A stretch of DNA of 64,000 nt from an uncultured Planctomycetaceae bacterium (GTDB lineage Bacteria; Planctomycetota; Planctomycetia; Planctomycetales; Planctomycetaceae). A program made the translations under genes and the position numbers. The notes beneath the pieces were generated by a model. That model saw only the letters and a list, made by a program, of their open reading frames with translations, was not told the DNA's origin and did not search any database. Shown piece after piece: positions 1 to 10,100 of the stretch. The DNA lies in contig CAXBME010000014.1 in NCBI GenBank assembly GCA_963976765.1, positions 62,001 to 126,000 on the forward strand, read 5' to 3'. Positions within the stretch are counted from its first letter, which is position 1, and each line of letters opens with the position of its first letter.

Positions 1-1
1 C

Positions 2-100
2 TCTGAAGGAAGTGTCGATTACATCCTGCCCTCGGAACCCCCGCCTGGAAACGACGACGTAGACTTGAGAACTCGTTCTTCCACTTCCAGCTACATGTGA
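2..100 (+). CDS. 3' end of an upstream gene (partial, product unknown)
   Basis: Open frame from the window edge (SEGSVDYILPSEPPPGNDDVDLRTRSSTSSYM) to TGA at 98-100, co-oriented with the pilin cassette. Confidence 0.4.
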   Translation, partial: SEGSVDYILPSEPPPGNDDVDLRTRSSTSSYM

Positions 101-121
101 GCCGACGGAAGCTCACCAGCA

Positions 122-185
122 GCACGGTGTGTCTTGACGCACCACATCGGTACCTGCCGCACTGGTGCGTCAAGACGCACCCTAC
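122..185. repeat. REP-like inverted doublet, unit GTAG-GGTGCGTC-TT-GACGCACC, 20-nt spacer
   Basis: 122-143 gcacggtgtgtcttgacgcacc and 164-185 ggtgcgtcaagacgcaccctac (reverse complement gtagggtgcgtcttgacgcacc). Each unit is itself palindromic. Confidence 0.8.
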
Positions 186-219
186 GGAAAGTTCGTCGGA
201 CAGGCAGTATGGCATCTTA

Positions 220-777
220 ATGACGCGAAGCAGTTCACAACCTGAACGATTAACTGTTGCCCGATGCGGTTATGGTCGTTCGTTTCCCGCGGCGAGGTTG
301 GATCGAACAAATCATCAAGCGTCGAATTCGCGTCGCGGGCTGTCGCTCATCGATCTGACAATCACCGTGCTCATCATGGGGGTTGTCGCTGCCACAGCCT
401 CGCCGAAGTTTGCGGCGCTGCTGACATCCTACACCGCCGAATCGACTGCCCGACGAGTCGCGGCGGATCTGAATTACGCGGCCTCAGCCGCCGCTCAGAC
501 CAGTCAGAGTGTTACCGTCACGTTTGATGTTTCCGGAAATTCGTACTCGGTGACGGGCGTCGATTCGCCGGATCATCCAGGTTCCGCCTGGGTGGTTTCA
601 CTCGCGAATGGAGGGCGAAACGCTGAACTTGTTTCAGTGAACTTCGCCGCTTCGCAGGCGGTGACATTCAACGCGTACGGCCGCCCGAACAATCCTGGTT
701 CAATCGTTCTTTCCTCGGGCAGCGACACGGCAACTGTCGTCGTCGACGCGGCAACTGGCAGGGCGATCGTGCAATGA
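220..777 (+). CDS. GspH/FimT-like minor pseudopilin (prepilin N-terminal cleavage/methylation motif)
   Basis: RRG|LSLIDLTITVLIMGVVAATASPKF class III signal; C-terminal 'VTFNAYGRP...GSIVL...VVVDAATGR' typical of GspH/FimT. Start moved to ATG 220 because the ORF-track extension runs through the REP doublet. Confidence 0.8.
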   Translation: MTRSSSQPERLTVARCGYGRSFPAARLDRTNHQASNSRRGLSLIDLTITVLIMGVVAATASPKFAALLTSYTAESTARRVAADLNYAASAAAQTSQSVTVTFDVSGNSYSVTGVDSPDHPGSAWVVSLANGGRNAELVSVNFAASQAVTFNAYGRPNNPGSIVLSSGSDTATVVVDAATGRAIVQ

Positions 778-2597
778 ACGTCACCTCGACCAGACAAACG
801 ACAACGCTTCACCAGCGCCGTCCCCGAGGATTAACTCGTCGGGGTTACACATTGCTGGAAATGGTCATCAGCACCGGAGCGGCGACCGTGCTGCTGGGCG
901 GCCTGATGTCGACAATTGTGGTCGCCAACCGGGCATGGAGTCCTGACCTTAAACCGGCCATCAAGACCGAAGCCAGCGGGCTGACGCGTCAGCTCAGTAT
1001 CGACCTGAGAAGCGCTCTTCGCTTCACCGAACGGACAGCAAAAGCCGCCACGTTCACCGTGCCCGATCGAGATTCTGACGGGCGTCCGGAAGTACTTCGT
1101 TACGCCTGGTCAGGCACATCAGGAGAGCCCTTAACCGTCAGCGTGAACGGCGGAACGGCACAGGTTGTCATCACCGACGTGCAAACATTCAACATGGACT
1201 ACCTGCTTCGCTCGGTCACCGCACCCGTCATTCCAGTCAGTGGCCAGAGTCAAACGGTCGTATATATCTCCGAAGCTGACGCCGGCAATGGTGGAGAGGT
1301 CAACCGTAACGAACTGTCATCAGAAGACCAGCAACGGATCGTGGCAATCGAGTCCTGGGACTTTGCGGTTTCTGTCGTCAGTGGCTACGCGTCGGATACT
1401 GATTGGGCGGCGGCGATCGACAAGGCAGCGGCGATCTACGTTCCCGGCTCGGTCGAGGACGACGAGATCTCCCAGCGACTCTACTACGCCAACGTGGGAG
1501 TCGTCTTTGAAACTTCCAGCCTGCGTGATGATTCTGGCTTTGGCAATACTATCGATTTGTCGTCAACGACCGACATCGATCTGGAAAATACCCACCACTA
1601 TATCACTTCGACACTGTCGGCTGGTCAGGTAAAGATCGTCAAGTCGTCGCAGCCGCTGATGTTTCTGAAGCCAGGATTCGGTCCCGATCTGCAGGTTCTG
1701 GCCCGTGGTGATTCCAAGCCCTACATGGCATCGCTGGCTGTTATCGAATCTCACGGGCGAACACTTGCTATTGATGCTGTGCCAGGGCGGCGAGTCCTTC
1801 TGCCGTGGGGAGCTTCATCAACACCTTTCGATCTGTTGACGGACGCGGCACGGACGATCATGGAGCGATCGATCTCCTGGGCCGCAGGGCTGGATTCTGT
1901 CACATCTCCCCAAAGGATTCTCTTCCTTGTGGACAAAGAGTTTGACCTGAAGGAAGAAGATTTCGACCGCAAGTTGATGTTCGAATCTGCTGGCTTCGAA
2001 GTGAGGCCATTGAATCAGGAGACTGAATCGAACCGACTGTCCAATGAGATTGCTGAAAGTGAGGCAATCTACCTGTCCAGCAATACGAACCCTGACATCC
2101 TGTTGTCGTCGATTTACAACGTACAACAGGGAGTGATGTGTGATTCGAAAGAGTGGAACATTGCTCTCGGATTCTCCAGCGATTCTGCAAGTTTCAAGGT
2201 CAGTAAACTCGCGATTGTCGACAGCGAGCATGAGATCGTCTCAGGATTTAAAGAGAAATCACTAACCATCGTCACCGACACACAGGAGACGATCACACCG
2301 TCTGGGACTGCCGCCAGCGGGCTTACGACCGTTCTTGGAATCTCGGGAAGCAGCAAGGGAGCCTATATCCCAGTCGTTGCTACATTGGAACGGGGGGTAA
2401 CAAGAGTCGATGAAACGGTATCCCCAGGACGCCGAACTCTCGCGCCAACATTCAAGGCCCGACGCGAGCACTTCACGGCCAATGGCTATCGGCTTATGCA
2501 GCAGGCAATGGTCTGGACGGCATCGGCCCCGCCTGCTCCAGAGACGAGTTTCAGCAGTTCGTCATTCAGCCAATTTCTTCAAGGTCTGAACAGGTAG
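774..2597 (+). CDS. GspJ/PilW-like pseudopilin with two tandem C-terminal alpha/beta domains
   Basis: RRG|YTLLEMVIS prepilin motif; ATGA overlap with the upstream gene; internal duplication of about 200 aa. Confidence 0.75.
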   Translation: MNVTSTRQTTTLHQRRPRGLTRRGYTLLEMVISTGAATVLLGGLMSTIVVANRAWSPDLKPAIKTEASGLTRQLSIDLRSALRFTERTAKAATFTVPDRDSDGRPEVLRYAWSGTSGEPLTVSVNGGTAQVVITDVQTFNMDYLLRSVTAPVIPVSGQSQTVVYISEADAGNGGEVNRNELSSEDQQRIVAIESWDFAVSVVSGYASDTDWAAAIDKAAAIYVPGSVEDDEISQRLYYANVGVVFETSSLRDDSGFGNTIDLSSTTDIDLENTHHYITSTLSAGQVKIVKSSQPLMFLKPGFGPDLQVLARGDSKPYMASLAVIESHGRTLAIDAVPGRRVLLPWGASSTPFDLLTDAARTIMERSISWAAGLDSVTSPQRILFLVDKEFDLKEEDFDRKLMFESAGFEVRPLNQETESNRLSNEIAESEAIYLSSNTNPDILLSSIYNVQQGVMCDSKEWNIALGFSSDSASFKVSKLAIVDSEHEIVSGFKEKSLTIVTDTQETITPSGTAASGLTTVLGISGSSKGAYIPVVATLERGVTRVDETVSPGRRTLAPTFKARREHFTANGYRLMQQAMVWTASAPPAPETSFSSSSFSQFLQGLNR

Positions 2598-2605
2598 AAG
2601 TCGTC

Positions 2606-3238
2606 ATGCGAAAACATCGAACAGGCATTCGTTGGCGTTCCGGACTGACGCTGGCGGAAGTGGCGATCTCGACGCTGATCGTGGGGCTGATGATGGTCGC
2701 CTCGTTGAAATCCGTTGGAGGCGTTTACACCACCTGGACGGCGGCAGCCGAAAAGCACGATGGTATCGCGCTGGCCGATCAGCTTCTCGAAGAGATCATG
2801 CAGAGCGAATACGAAGAGCCCGACGAAACTCCCATCTTTGGTGTTGAATCGGGCGAAAGTAGTGGAAATCGAAAAGACTGGGACGACGTCGACGATTACT
2901 TGTCGTGGAGCCATGTGCCACCGAAAACCAAAGGCAATGACTCGATCCCGAATTACGACGGCTGGACGCGCACGGCGACCGTGCAACTGGCATCGATCGC
3001 CGATCCGCTGGTTGTTCCCGCATCTGACGAAGGTCTCAAGCTGATCACCGTAACGGTGACCGATCCAGATGGAAATACGACCGTTCGAAAGGCGTTGCGG
3101 TCGCGCTGGGGAACGCTCCAGCAGGAACCACTGGTTGACAGCACCTGGGTAACGGAAGTCGACATTCAACTGACCACCGGCAGCGGAGCATCGATTCACG
3201 GCGCCGCCAGTCTTCCCAACGCACCGGAGGATCAGTGA
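2606..3238 (+). CDS. GspI/PilV-like minor pseudopilin
   Basis: RSG|LTLAEVAISTLIVGLMMV prepilin motif followed by the usual 'ALADQLLEEI' helix. Confidence 0.8.
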   Translation: MRKHRTGIRWRSGLTLAEVAISTLIVGLMMVASLKSVGGVYTTWTAAAEKHDGIALADQLLEEIMQSEYEEPDETPIFGVESGESSGNRKDWDDVDDYLSWSHVPPKTKGNDSIPNYDGWTRTATVQLASIADPLVVPASDEGLKLITVTVTDPDGNTTVRKALRSRWGTLQQEPLVDSTWVTEVDIQLTTGSGASIHGAASLPNAPEDQ

Positions 3239-4530
3239 TGCACAGAAGAAATGAACATCAACCAATCAGCGCCCCGCCCCGCGCTGGTTATCTCTACGTC
3301 GCGGTGATGATCACCGCGACACTGGTCGGACTGGTCGGGCTGTCCGCTGTCAGCGTGGCGAGACTGAATCTCCGCACCACAACCCGGACGGTCGATTCGT
3401 CGAGCGCTGACTTCCTGGCTCAATCTGCCGTTGAACACGCTCTGGCCGTTTTGAAAAACGACCCCGCCTGGCGCACGACCTACCTCCATAATACCGAATA
3501 TCCCTCGACGCCGATTTCGCTCAATGGCGGAACCATTACCTGGAAACTGGTCGATCCTGACACCTCGCTGCTCGACGACGATTCAGACACCGTTCGCATT
3601 TATGGAATCGGTCGGCAGGGTTCAGCGACTTCGGTTCAGAGCGTCCTGCTTTATCCAACAGAAAACCCGTTGTCCTGTACCGAAGCCGCTTTCCACTGCG
3701 CCGGTAGTGTCAACCTTGACTTACTCATCAACTGGACGACGGACGACGAAATCAGCAGCAACGGCAGCCTGTCTGCCAGCGCACTTGGCGCAAGCATCAC
3801 TGGCAATGCATACGCGGCTGGCAGCATCACGGGCAGCATCAGTGGGACAAAGACATCCGGAGCCACGACTCGCCGAATGCCTGGCAGCAGCGTCCTGGAC
3901 TATTACAAAGCTCGCGGCACCTGGGTGGACATCAACACGCTGCCTCTATCCATCGGAAAACGAGTGATCCAGAAAGCGATCATCAGCCCGGCCACCACAC
4001 CGTGGGGAGCGACCAACTCGGCGGGCATCTACGTCATCGATTGCGGTGGGCAGAATCTGGAGATCAAAAACAGCCGCATTTTGGGCACACTCGTCCTTCT
4101 GAACCCGGGTACCGGCTGTCTGACATCGTCCGCCGTGCATTGGGACACCGTCGTTCCCAACCTGCCGGCTCTGCTGGTCGACGGCGATTTCCAGCTTGGA
4201 CATACCCAGCCAAGTCTCAACGAGGCGAATCTGTCGACCAATTTCAATCCGGCCGGAACTCCATACGAAAGCAATTCGGACTCAGACACCACCGACGAAT
4301 ACGCTTCCGAAATCAACGGGCTGGTCTACACGTCCGGCAAGCTGACGGTGCTGGCCCTGTTGTCACGCACGAAGGTTAACGGCAGCGTCGTCTGTAACTC
4401 GTCATCGTGCAACTCGGCAGCAACGTTCAATCACAATTCGGTATTCACAAACTTCCCGCCGCCGGGTTTTGCTTCTGGCAGCCTGATGGAAAGCATCCCT
4501 GGTTCCTGGCGCCGCGACGTCCTGCCGTAG
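3235..4530 (+). CDS. GspK/PilX-like pseudopilin with beta-rich C-terminal region
   Basis: RAG|YLYVAVMI lacking Glu+5, as expected for GspK/PilX; 'ADFLAQSAVEHAL' motif; last gene of the cassette. Start is GTG 3235 or ATG 3238. Confidence 0.7.
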   Translation: MMHRRNEHQPISAPPRAGYLYVAVMITATLVGLVGLSAVSVARLNLRTTTRTVDSSSADFLAQSAVEHALAVLKNDPAWRTTYLHNTEYPSTPISLNGGTITWKLVDPDTSLLDDDSDTVRIYGIGRQGSATSVQSVLLYPTENPLSCTEAAFHCAGSVNLDLLINWTTDDEISSNGSLSASALGASITGNAYAAGSITGSISGTKTSGATTRRMPGSSVLDYYKARGTWVDINTLPLSIGKRVIQKAIISPATTPWGATNSAGIYVIDCGGQNLEIKNSRILGTLVLLNPGTGCLTSSAVHWDTVVPNLPALLVDGDFQLGHTQPSLNEANLSTNFNPAGTPYESNSDSDTTDEYASEINGLVYTSGKLTVLALLSRTKVNGSVVCNSSSCNSAATFNHNSVFTNFPPPGFASGSLMESIPGSWRRDVLP

Positions 4531-4545
4531 AGTCTCGCCCCTTTT

Positions 4546-4609
4546 GCGTGGAGTGTCCTGACGCACCGCGTCCGAAAATGAGCTGTCAGGCCGTCAAGAC
4601 GCACCCGAC
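4546..4609. repeat. Second, degenerate REP-like doublet (same unit, 20-nt spacer)
   Basis: 4546-4567 gcgtggagtgtcctgacgcacc and 4588-4609 aggccgtcaagacgcacccgac match the units at 122-185. Confidence 0.7.
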
Positions 4610-4834
4610 GTTGCCTGATTTGCAGGAAGAGCTCGCTCCCTGAGTGGCGTCGACTTCTCTCGTCATTGATGTTTCACAAAAACAACATCGCTGTTCCCAC
4701 CCCTTCCGGAACGCAATCCCTAAGTTTCGAAGGCAGAACCACTTCCAGACCGTCTCGAACTTTGCCCCGTTTGTGGCTCAGTAGTTGCGAATCAGGCAGG
4801 CTGACTCTCAAAGCCTTCTTCCAACGGGGATGCC

Positions 4835-5785
4835 ATGCGACTCGCTCTGGCCGCCGCTGCGTTCATCTTCAGCTTGAACTGCCTGTCTGTACGTGCGGAA
4901 GAAATCGCCAATCGTCGACCGTCAAATCGAAGACCACGATCGGTAACGGCGATCCTCTACGACGGTCGGCAGATCTCTGGGCGCGTCGCCGCAACGACTA
5001 ATAACGATCGGCTTGATCTGGTCGCCAGCTCAGAGCGTGTCCAACTGACTGCCCACCTGAGCTGGGATCAGGTGGTTGCGATCGACACGGGACGCCGTCA
5101 GGTTTCGGTCGAACGATTCCGCCAGCAGCTTCCGGAATTCGCGCTGCCTGCCGTGGTTTCAAACCGAGCTGACCTGCCGCCTCGAAAGATCCTTCCACTG
5201 CTGCAGGACGGCTCTAACGTGCCTCAATCGCTTCCTCGCCAGATCCCACGTTCGGTGCAGATCGACGCTCGGCTTACGAGCTGGGACACGGATGCCCAAC
5301 CGGATGGACTGCTGCTGGAACTCTTTGTGCTGGACGGAACAGGTCACCCGACGATCGTTCCTGGACAGTTGACAGCAGCTTTGACCGGGCTTCGACAACA
5401 GATTACCGGCGGGCAGGAAACGTTGAATCGAAAGCCGCTCACCGCTCAACTTGAACGCTGGAACGTCCCTGTTCGCGTCAGTGATTTCGTCGACGGGCGA
5501 GCAATCGTCAAACTGCCGTTCCGCAACGTGCAACCGAACCGCGATCTGGGCATTGCTTCCGAAACGCTGCTTGAGATTTCGTTCGGCGTCCCGTCAGTGG
5601 GAGTTCTTAAAGCCTCACAATCAGACGTGCTGATTCGGCAACCGAGTTACTTCCGTGACGAACTGTTTCTTTCCACGGGAAACCGCCAGTTGCCTTCCGA
5701 AGGCCCCGCTCCGCCAACAACCAGGCGTCCGCCGAACCGCGATCCGCATCGCGAAATATTTCGCCCGACGTTTCAAGTTCGATAA
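4835..5785 (+). CDS. Secreted hypothetical protein
   Basis: 316-aa ORF with N-terminal signal peptide (MRLALAAAAFIFSLNCLSVRA); no recognised family. Confidence 0.7.
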   Translation: MRLALAAAAFIFSLNCLSVRAEEIANRRPSNRRPRSVTAILYDGRQISGRVAATTNNDRLDLVASSERVQLTAHLSWDQVVAIDTGRRQVSVERFRQQLPEFALPAVVSNRADLPPRKILPLLQDGSNVPQSLPRQIPRSVQIDARLTSWDTDAQPDGLLLELFVLDGTGHPTIVPGQLTAALTGLRQQITGGQETLNRKPLTAQLERWNVPVRVSDFVDGRAIVKLPFRNVQPNRDLGIASETLLEISFGVPSVGVLKASQSDVLIRQPSYFRDELFLSTGNRQLPSEGPAPPTTRRPPNRDPHREIFRPTFQVR

Positions 5786-5790
5786 ACCGC

Positions 5791-5812
5791 ATGGTGTGTC
5801 TCGACGCACCAT
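5791..5812. repeat. Single REP-like hairpin between convergent genes
   Basis: atggtgtgtc-tc-gacgcaccat, same core as the doublets; lies 5 nt after the stop at 5785. Confidence 0.65.
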
Positions 5813-5827
5813 GCGATTGCAGTGAAG

Positions 5828-6808
5828 CTACTTCGCGAGGTTGTATCGAACGACTCGTCCGTAGACGTTGTACTCAGTTACGAACAGGTTTCCGTGGCTG
5901 TCAAAATCCAGCCCGTGCGGAGCTGTCAGAATTCCCGTTCGCCAGTCACCCGGCTTCACCTTGTTTGTCGCCGTTTGAGCCTTCACTTCGTTGGCTCCCA
6001 GTTGCAGAACGGTTTTGCCCTCTTTGTCGAGCAGGCTGACCCGGCCTTCGATCTCGGCAATCGCGGCCAAGTCGCCGTGCACTGCAACGGCCGCCGGTCG
6101 CATCATCTCTTTGACGACGTTCAGCACTTCCCCATCGATCGAAAGATGAACCACTCGACGATTTTCCCGGTCGCAGCAGAGAATGCGCGGCGGATCGAAA
6201 CGGTTGTCGATCGCAATTTTGTGACAGGTCTTGAACCCGTACGGCGCCGCCTTGCCTCCAAAGCTGTCGAGATACTTCCCGTTGGCATCGAAGCTGTGGA
6301 TGATATCGCTCGAATAACCATCCACAGCAAAGATGCGACCGTCCGAGGCAACGTCAACGTTCGTCAGCCGTAGACTCGGCATCCCGTTTCTCATGCGAAC
6401 CAGTTCGGGCGGAATCGTTGAACCGGCAATACTCAGCATAATTCGTCCGTCGAGCTGCATCTTCAGGATTGACTGTCCGTCCAGACGCGCTCCGTAGATA
6501 AATTCTCCCGCCGGCTCCTGGTGAATCACGAAGCCATGAAAATCCGCAGGAGCATTGGGGACATTTCTCAAGTACTTCCCGGTCGAGTCGAAAACCTGAA
6601 TGCCGCCTCGCGCACCACCAACGCTCACGTAAACATCACCGTTCGAGGCAACAGCCACATCCCCATGAGCCTGGCCGATCGTCTCCATGTCCGGAGCTGG
6701 CTTCAGCCAGTTCTCAACCGCCACGTATTTCGGCTCGGCCCCATTGGCCGACGTCGCAGAAGCGGCCAGCATCAGGACAAACAGGGATGTGTGGAATGTA
6801 TTCTTCAT
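5828..6808 (-). CDS. Secreted NHL-repeat beta-propeller (peptidyl-alpha-hydroxyglycine lyase-like)
   Basis: Signal peptide from MKNTFH; NHL repeats (HGDVAVASNGDVYV, VDVASDGRIFAVDGY, CHKIAID, PHGLDFDSHGNLFVTE), CDRENRR motif. Confidence 0.8.
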   Translation of the reverse strand: MKNTFHTSLFVLMLAASATSANGAEPKYVAVENWLKPAPDMETIGQAHGDVAVASNGDVYVSVGGARGGIQVFDSTGKYLRNVPNAPADFHGFVIHQEPAGEFIYGARLDGQSILKMQLDGRIMLSIAGSTIPPELVRMRNGMPSLRLTNVDVASDGRIFAVDGYSSDIIHSFDANGKYLDSFGGKAAPYGFKTCHKIAIDNRFDPPRILCCDRENRRVVHLSIDGEVLNVVKEMMRPAAVAVHGDLAAIAEIEGRVSLLDKEGKTVLQLGANEVKAQTATNKVKPGDWRTGILTAPHGLDFDSHGNLFVTEYNVYGRVVRYNLAK

Positions 6809-7108
6809 CGCTTTGGCCTCGCTGTGAATTTCTACCGCTGAACACAAAAAGATAACCAAAAAGCCAGGCGACTTGCATTCGCGCCGCCTGAATTGGCACA
6901 AGAATTTCCCGGCGGAAGCACTGGCGCTTACCGGCTCATCCGGCTGGTAGCCCCTTTACGATACGGATTCGCGCCGGGTAACATCCCGGCTGTTGCCGTC
7001 GTCAGGTCGATTCATGCTGCCTCGGCAAGTTACATGGATGCGGATTCTGCTTCGAAACATCACAGACGGACAATCGTTGGTTCGTTTCCGAAGCCTCAGG
7101 AGTGAGAC

Positions 7109-10100
7109 ATGCTCAGCCGGAATTCTCGCAGGCCGTCCAGCCTCGTTTCTTTCACACTGTTTCTCAGCGTGACCATTGCCGCGTTGCTCCACCCAGACTT
7201 CGCTCGAGCTGACGCAGGACTCGACGCCTACAATTTCGCACGAGGTCTCTACAAGGCCGAACGCTGGCTGCAGGCCGAAGAAGCGTTTCGAAAGTTTCAG
7301 ACCGAGTTTCCGAAACATGAACAGATCCCCTTCGGGATGCTGTATCTCGGGTTGTCACAGATACAGCTGGAGAATCACGCCGTCGCCCGCGACACACTCG
7401 ACGGATTCATCCAGAAGTACCCGCAGAACAGCGACATCGCTCATGCCAGATATCGGGTCGCCGAGTGCAGCTACTATCTCAACGAACTGGAACGCGCCGA
7501 GAAAGACTTCGCGGGTTGTCTGAAAGATTTCCCGAAGGATCCATTTCGTGAGTACGCCCTGTTCTATCTCGGCGATACTCAGAGACGACTTGGTAAGTCC
7601 CAGGAAGCTGTCGTCAATTTGCAGGCGTCGCTCGATCTATTCCCGCAGGGACGCATGGCTGCGGAAGCTCGGTTCGGCCTCGCTCAGGCGACCGAAGCCA
7701 TGGGTGATTCGGCGAAAGCACTCCAGCTTTATCGCGATGCAGCGAGGGGCGCGCAGGCAGATCGCGGTGACGCCGCTCAGCTTGCACTAGCCAATTTGCT
7801 GTTTGCTCAGAACAAGTATCACGAAGCAGTGACTGAATATGAGGCGATGGGAACCCGGTTTCCGGAAAGTCGATTGCGATCAGTTGCCACCCTGAACGCT
7901 GGTTTCGCGCATTATCAGAACAACGACTTCCCCAACGCTCTGAGTAAATTCGATGAAGCAGCCGCCAACCCGACACAAGCTGTCACGGCAGGCTACTGGA
8001 AAGGTCTCACCCTGAAGGCACTCAAGGATTATTCAGGAGCGGCTCAGGTTCTGGCAGAGGTCGAAAAGAAGGCTGGCGAGTTGCCGATTGCTGAATCCGT
8101 CGTTTACCAACTGGCTGACTGCCAGTTTCGATCGGGCCAGCTGGCTTCTGCCGAAGCGAGCTTTCTGAAAGTGACACAGACGTGGCCGATGGGACAGTTC
8201 GCCGATCACAGTCTGTACTTTGCGACGGAGTGCATTCTCGAATCTGTACGCGATGCTGAACCCACCACCCGGACCGCGAGACTCAAAGAAGCAGAACTGC
8301 TACTCAGCAAGTTCGACCGAGACTATTCGACCAGCTCGATCCGACTGTCGCACAAGCTCCAGGAAGGACAGTTCCTGATGCTGCGTGCGACCGCCGAAGA
8401 CATGAAGAAGGCCGCCGAGATCTACGATGCCGTGCTGAAAGCGACGCAGCGTCCACAAACTCAAGCCGAAGCCCGATACCAGCTCGCTCGAGTTCGTCAG
8501 GCCCAGGGCGACAGTCAGGGAGCACTGGAAGCCATTGCTCCACTGGCTGAGGCGGTGATCAAAGAACCGAAATCCGAACTACCCGAGTCTCTGATACTGT
8601 ATGCGTTCCTTTCGCTCGAAGCGGCTCGCCCTGCCGACGCGTTGCTGGCGGCCAACAGCTATCTCCAGCATCACCCAACGGGACCGCTGCGAGACCAGGC
8701 TTGGGCTCACGTGGCGTCTGCAGCTGCAAAGACCCGCGACTGGACAGTCGCCGATAAGGCCGTCAGCAGTCTGCTCAACGATCATCCCGAAAGTCCGATT
8801 GTATCCCGCACGATTCTGAACGTGGCCGAAACCGCCTATGAAGCGAAACACTGGCAGGCCGCCGGTCGCTTCTTCGAGACGCTGCTTTCGCCGGGGCTCG
8901 ATTCTCCGTTCCACGCCGCCGCACTTTCCGGGTTGGCGTGGAGCAAACTTCAGCAGATGGATTACGAAACGGCCGCACAGAGATTTCAGCAATTCGTCAA
9001 AGAACACGCGAGCCATGAGCTTGCTCCCGAATCCGGTTTCATGGTGGGTGATGCATTGCAACGAGCGCCCCGACTCAAAGACGCTGCCACTGCGTTCGAA
9101 GAGGCGTTCAAGAAATTTGCCCCGCACGAGCAGGCGTTTCTCGCCGGACTTCAGGCAGCCCGCGTGCAGGCACGGCTGCAACAGACCGATCAGGCAAATC
9201 GCATCTACGCCGCCGTCGAGGGACAGTTTCCCAAACGCTCGGAGCATGATCAGCTGCTCAACGAATGGGCCCTGGTTCTCTACGAAGCCGAACGGTACGC
9301 CGAAGCGGATGAACTGTTTCGGCGATTGACCAACGAACATCCAGAGAGCAGTTTTGCTGACAACGCTCGATTCAGTCTTGCAGAAAGCGATCTCGTCAAC
9401 GGCAAGGTGCAGTTCGCGCGGGCGGCTTTTGAAGCGCTGGCTGCGGACGAAAAAGCAGACGCAGTAGTCCGAGAAGATTCGCTGTTCCGCCTCATCGGAA
9501 TCGACTCAGACAATGAACAGTGGAATGACGTCGCTGCCTCCGCTGAAAAGTTCACGAAACAGTTTCCCGAAAGCCACTACGCATCCGACGTTCAATTCTA
9601 TCGAGGAAGCTCGCAACTGAATCTGGGCGACTCGGAGAACGCCGAGAAGACGCTCGCACAGCTGGCAGACAGAATCAGTGATCCTGCCGTCGGACAAAGC
9701 CAATGGGCCAGTCATCTTTGGCCACTGTTGGCTGAATCTCAGGTTCGACAGAAAAAATACGACGCCGTCATTGCGACCGCCGAAAAGGCTCGACGCTGGA
9801 AGGCAGAATCTCCGGCGCACTACATGCTCGATGAAGTGGTCGGTCGAGCCTGGAAAAATCAGGCAAAGTTCACAGAAGCGATGGCGGCGTTTTCTCGTGT
9901 GATCGCATCGGAATCCGGCGCCCGAACCGAAACCGCCGCGAAGGCACAATTGATGATGGCCGAGATTCACTTTCTGAAAAAGAACTACGCAGCCGCTCGT
10001 GACGATTATCTGAAGGTCTACTTCCTTTATCAGTTTCCCGAGTGGCAGGCGCCCGCCCTCTTTCAGGCCGGTCAATGTGAAGAATTGATTGCTTCCAAAG

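Noticed and set aside
97..219. N-terminal extension of the first pilin ORF
   Set aside because: Translates through the REP-like doublet and overlaps the upstream stop; ATG 220 is more plausible.
6894..6909. TGGCAC-AAGAA-TTTCC upstream of the TPR gene
   Set aside because: Good -24 box but the -12 GC is missing.
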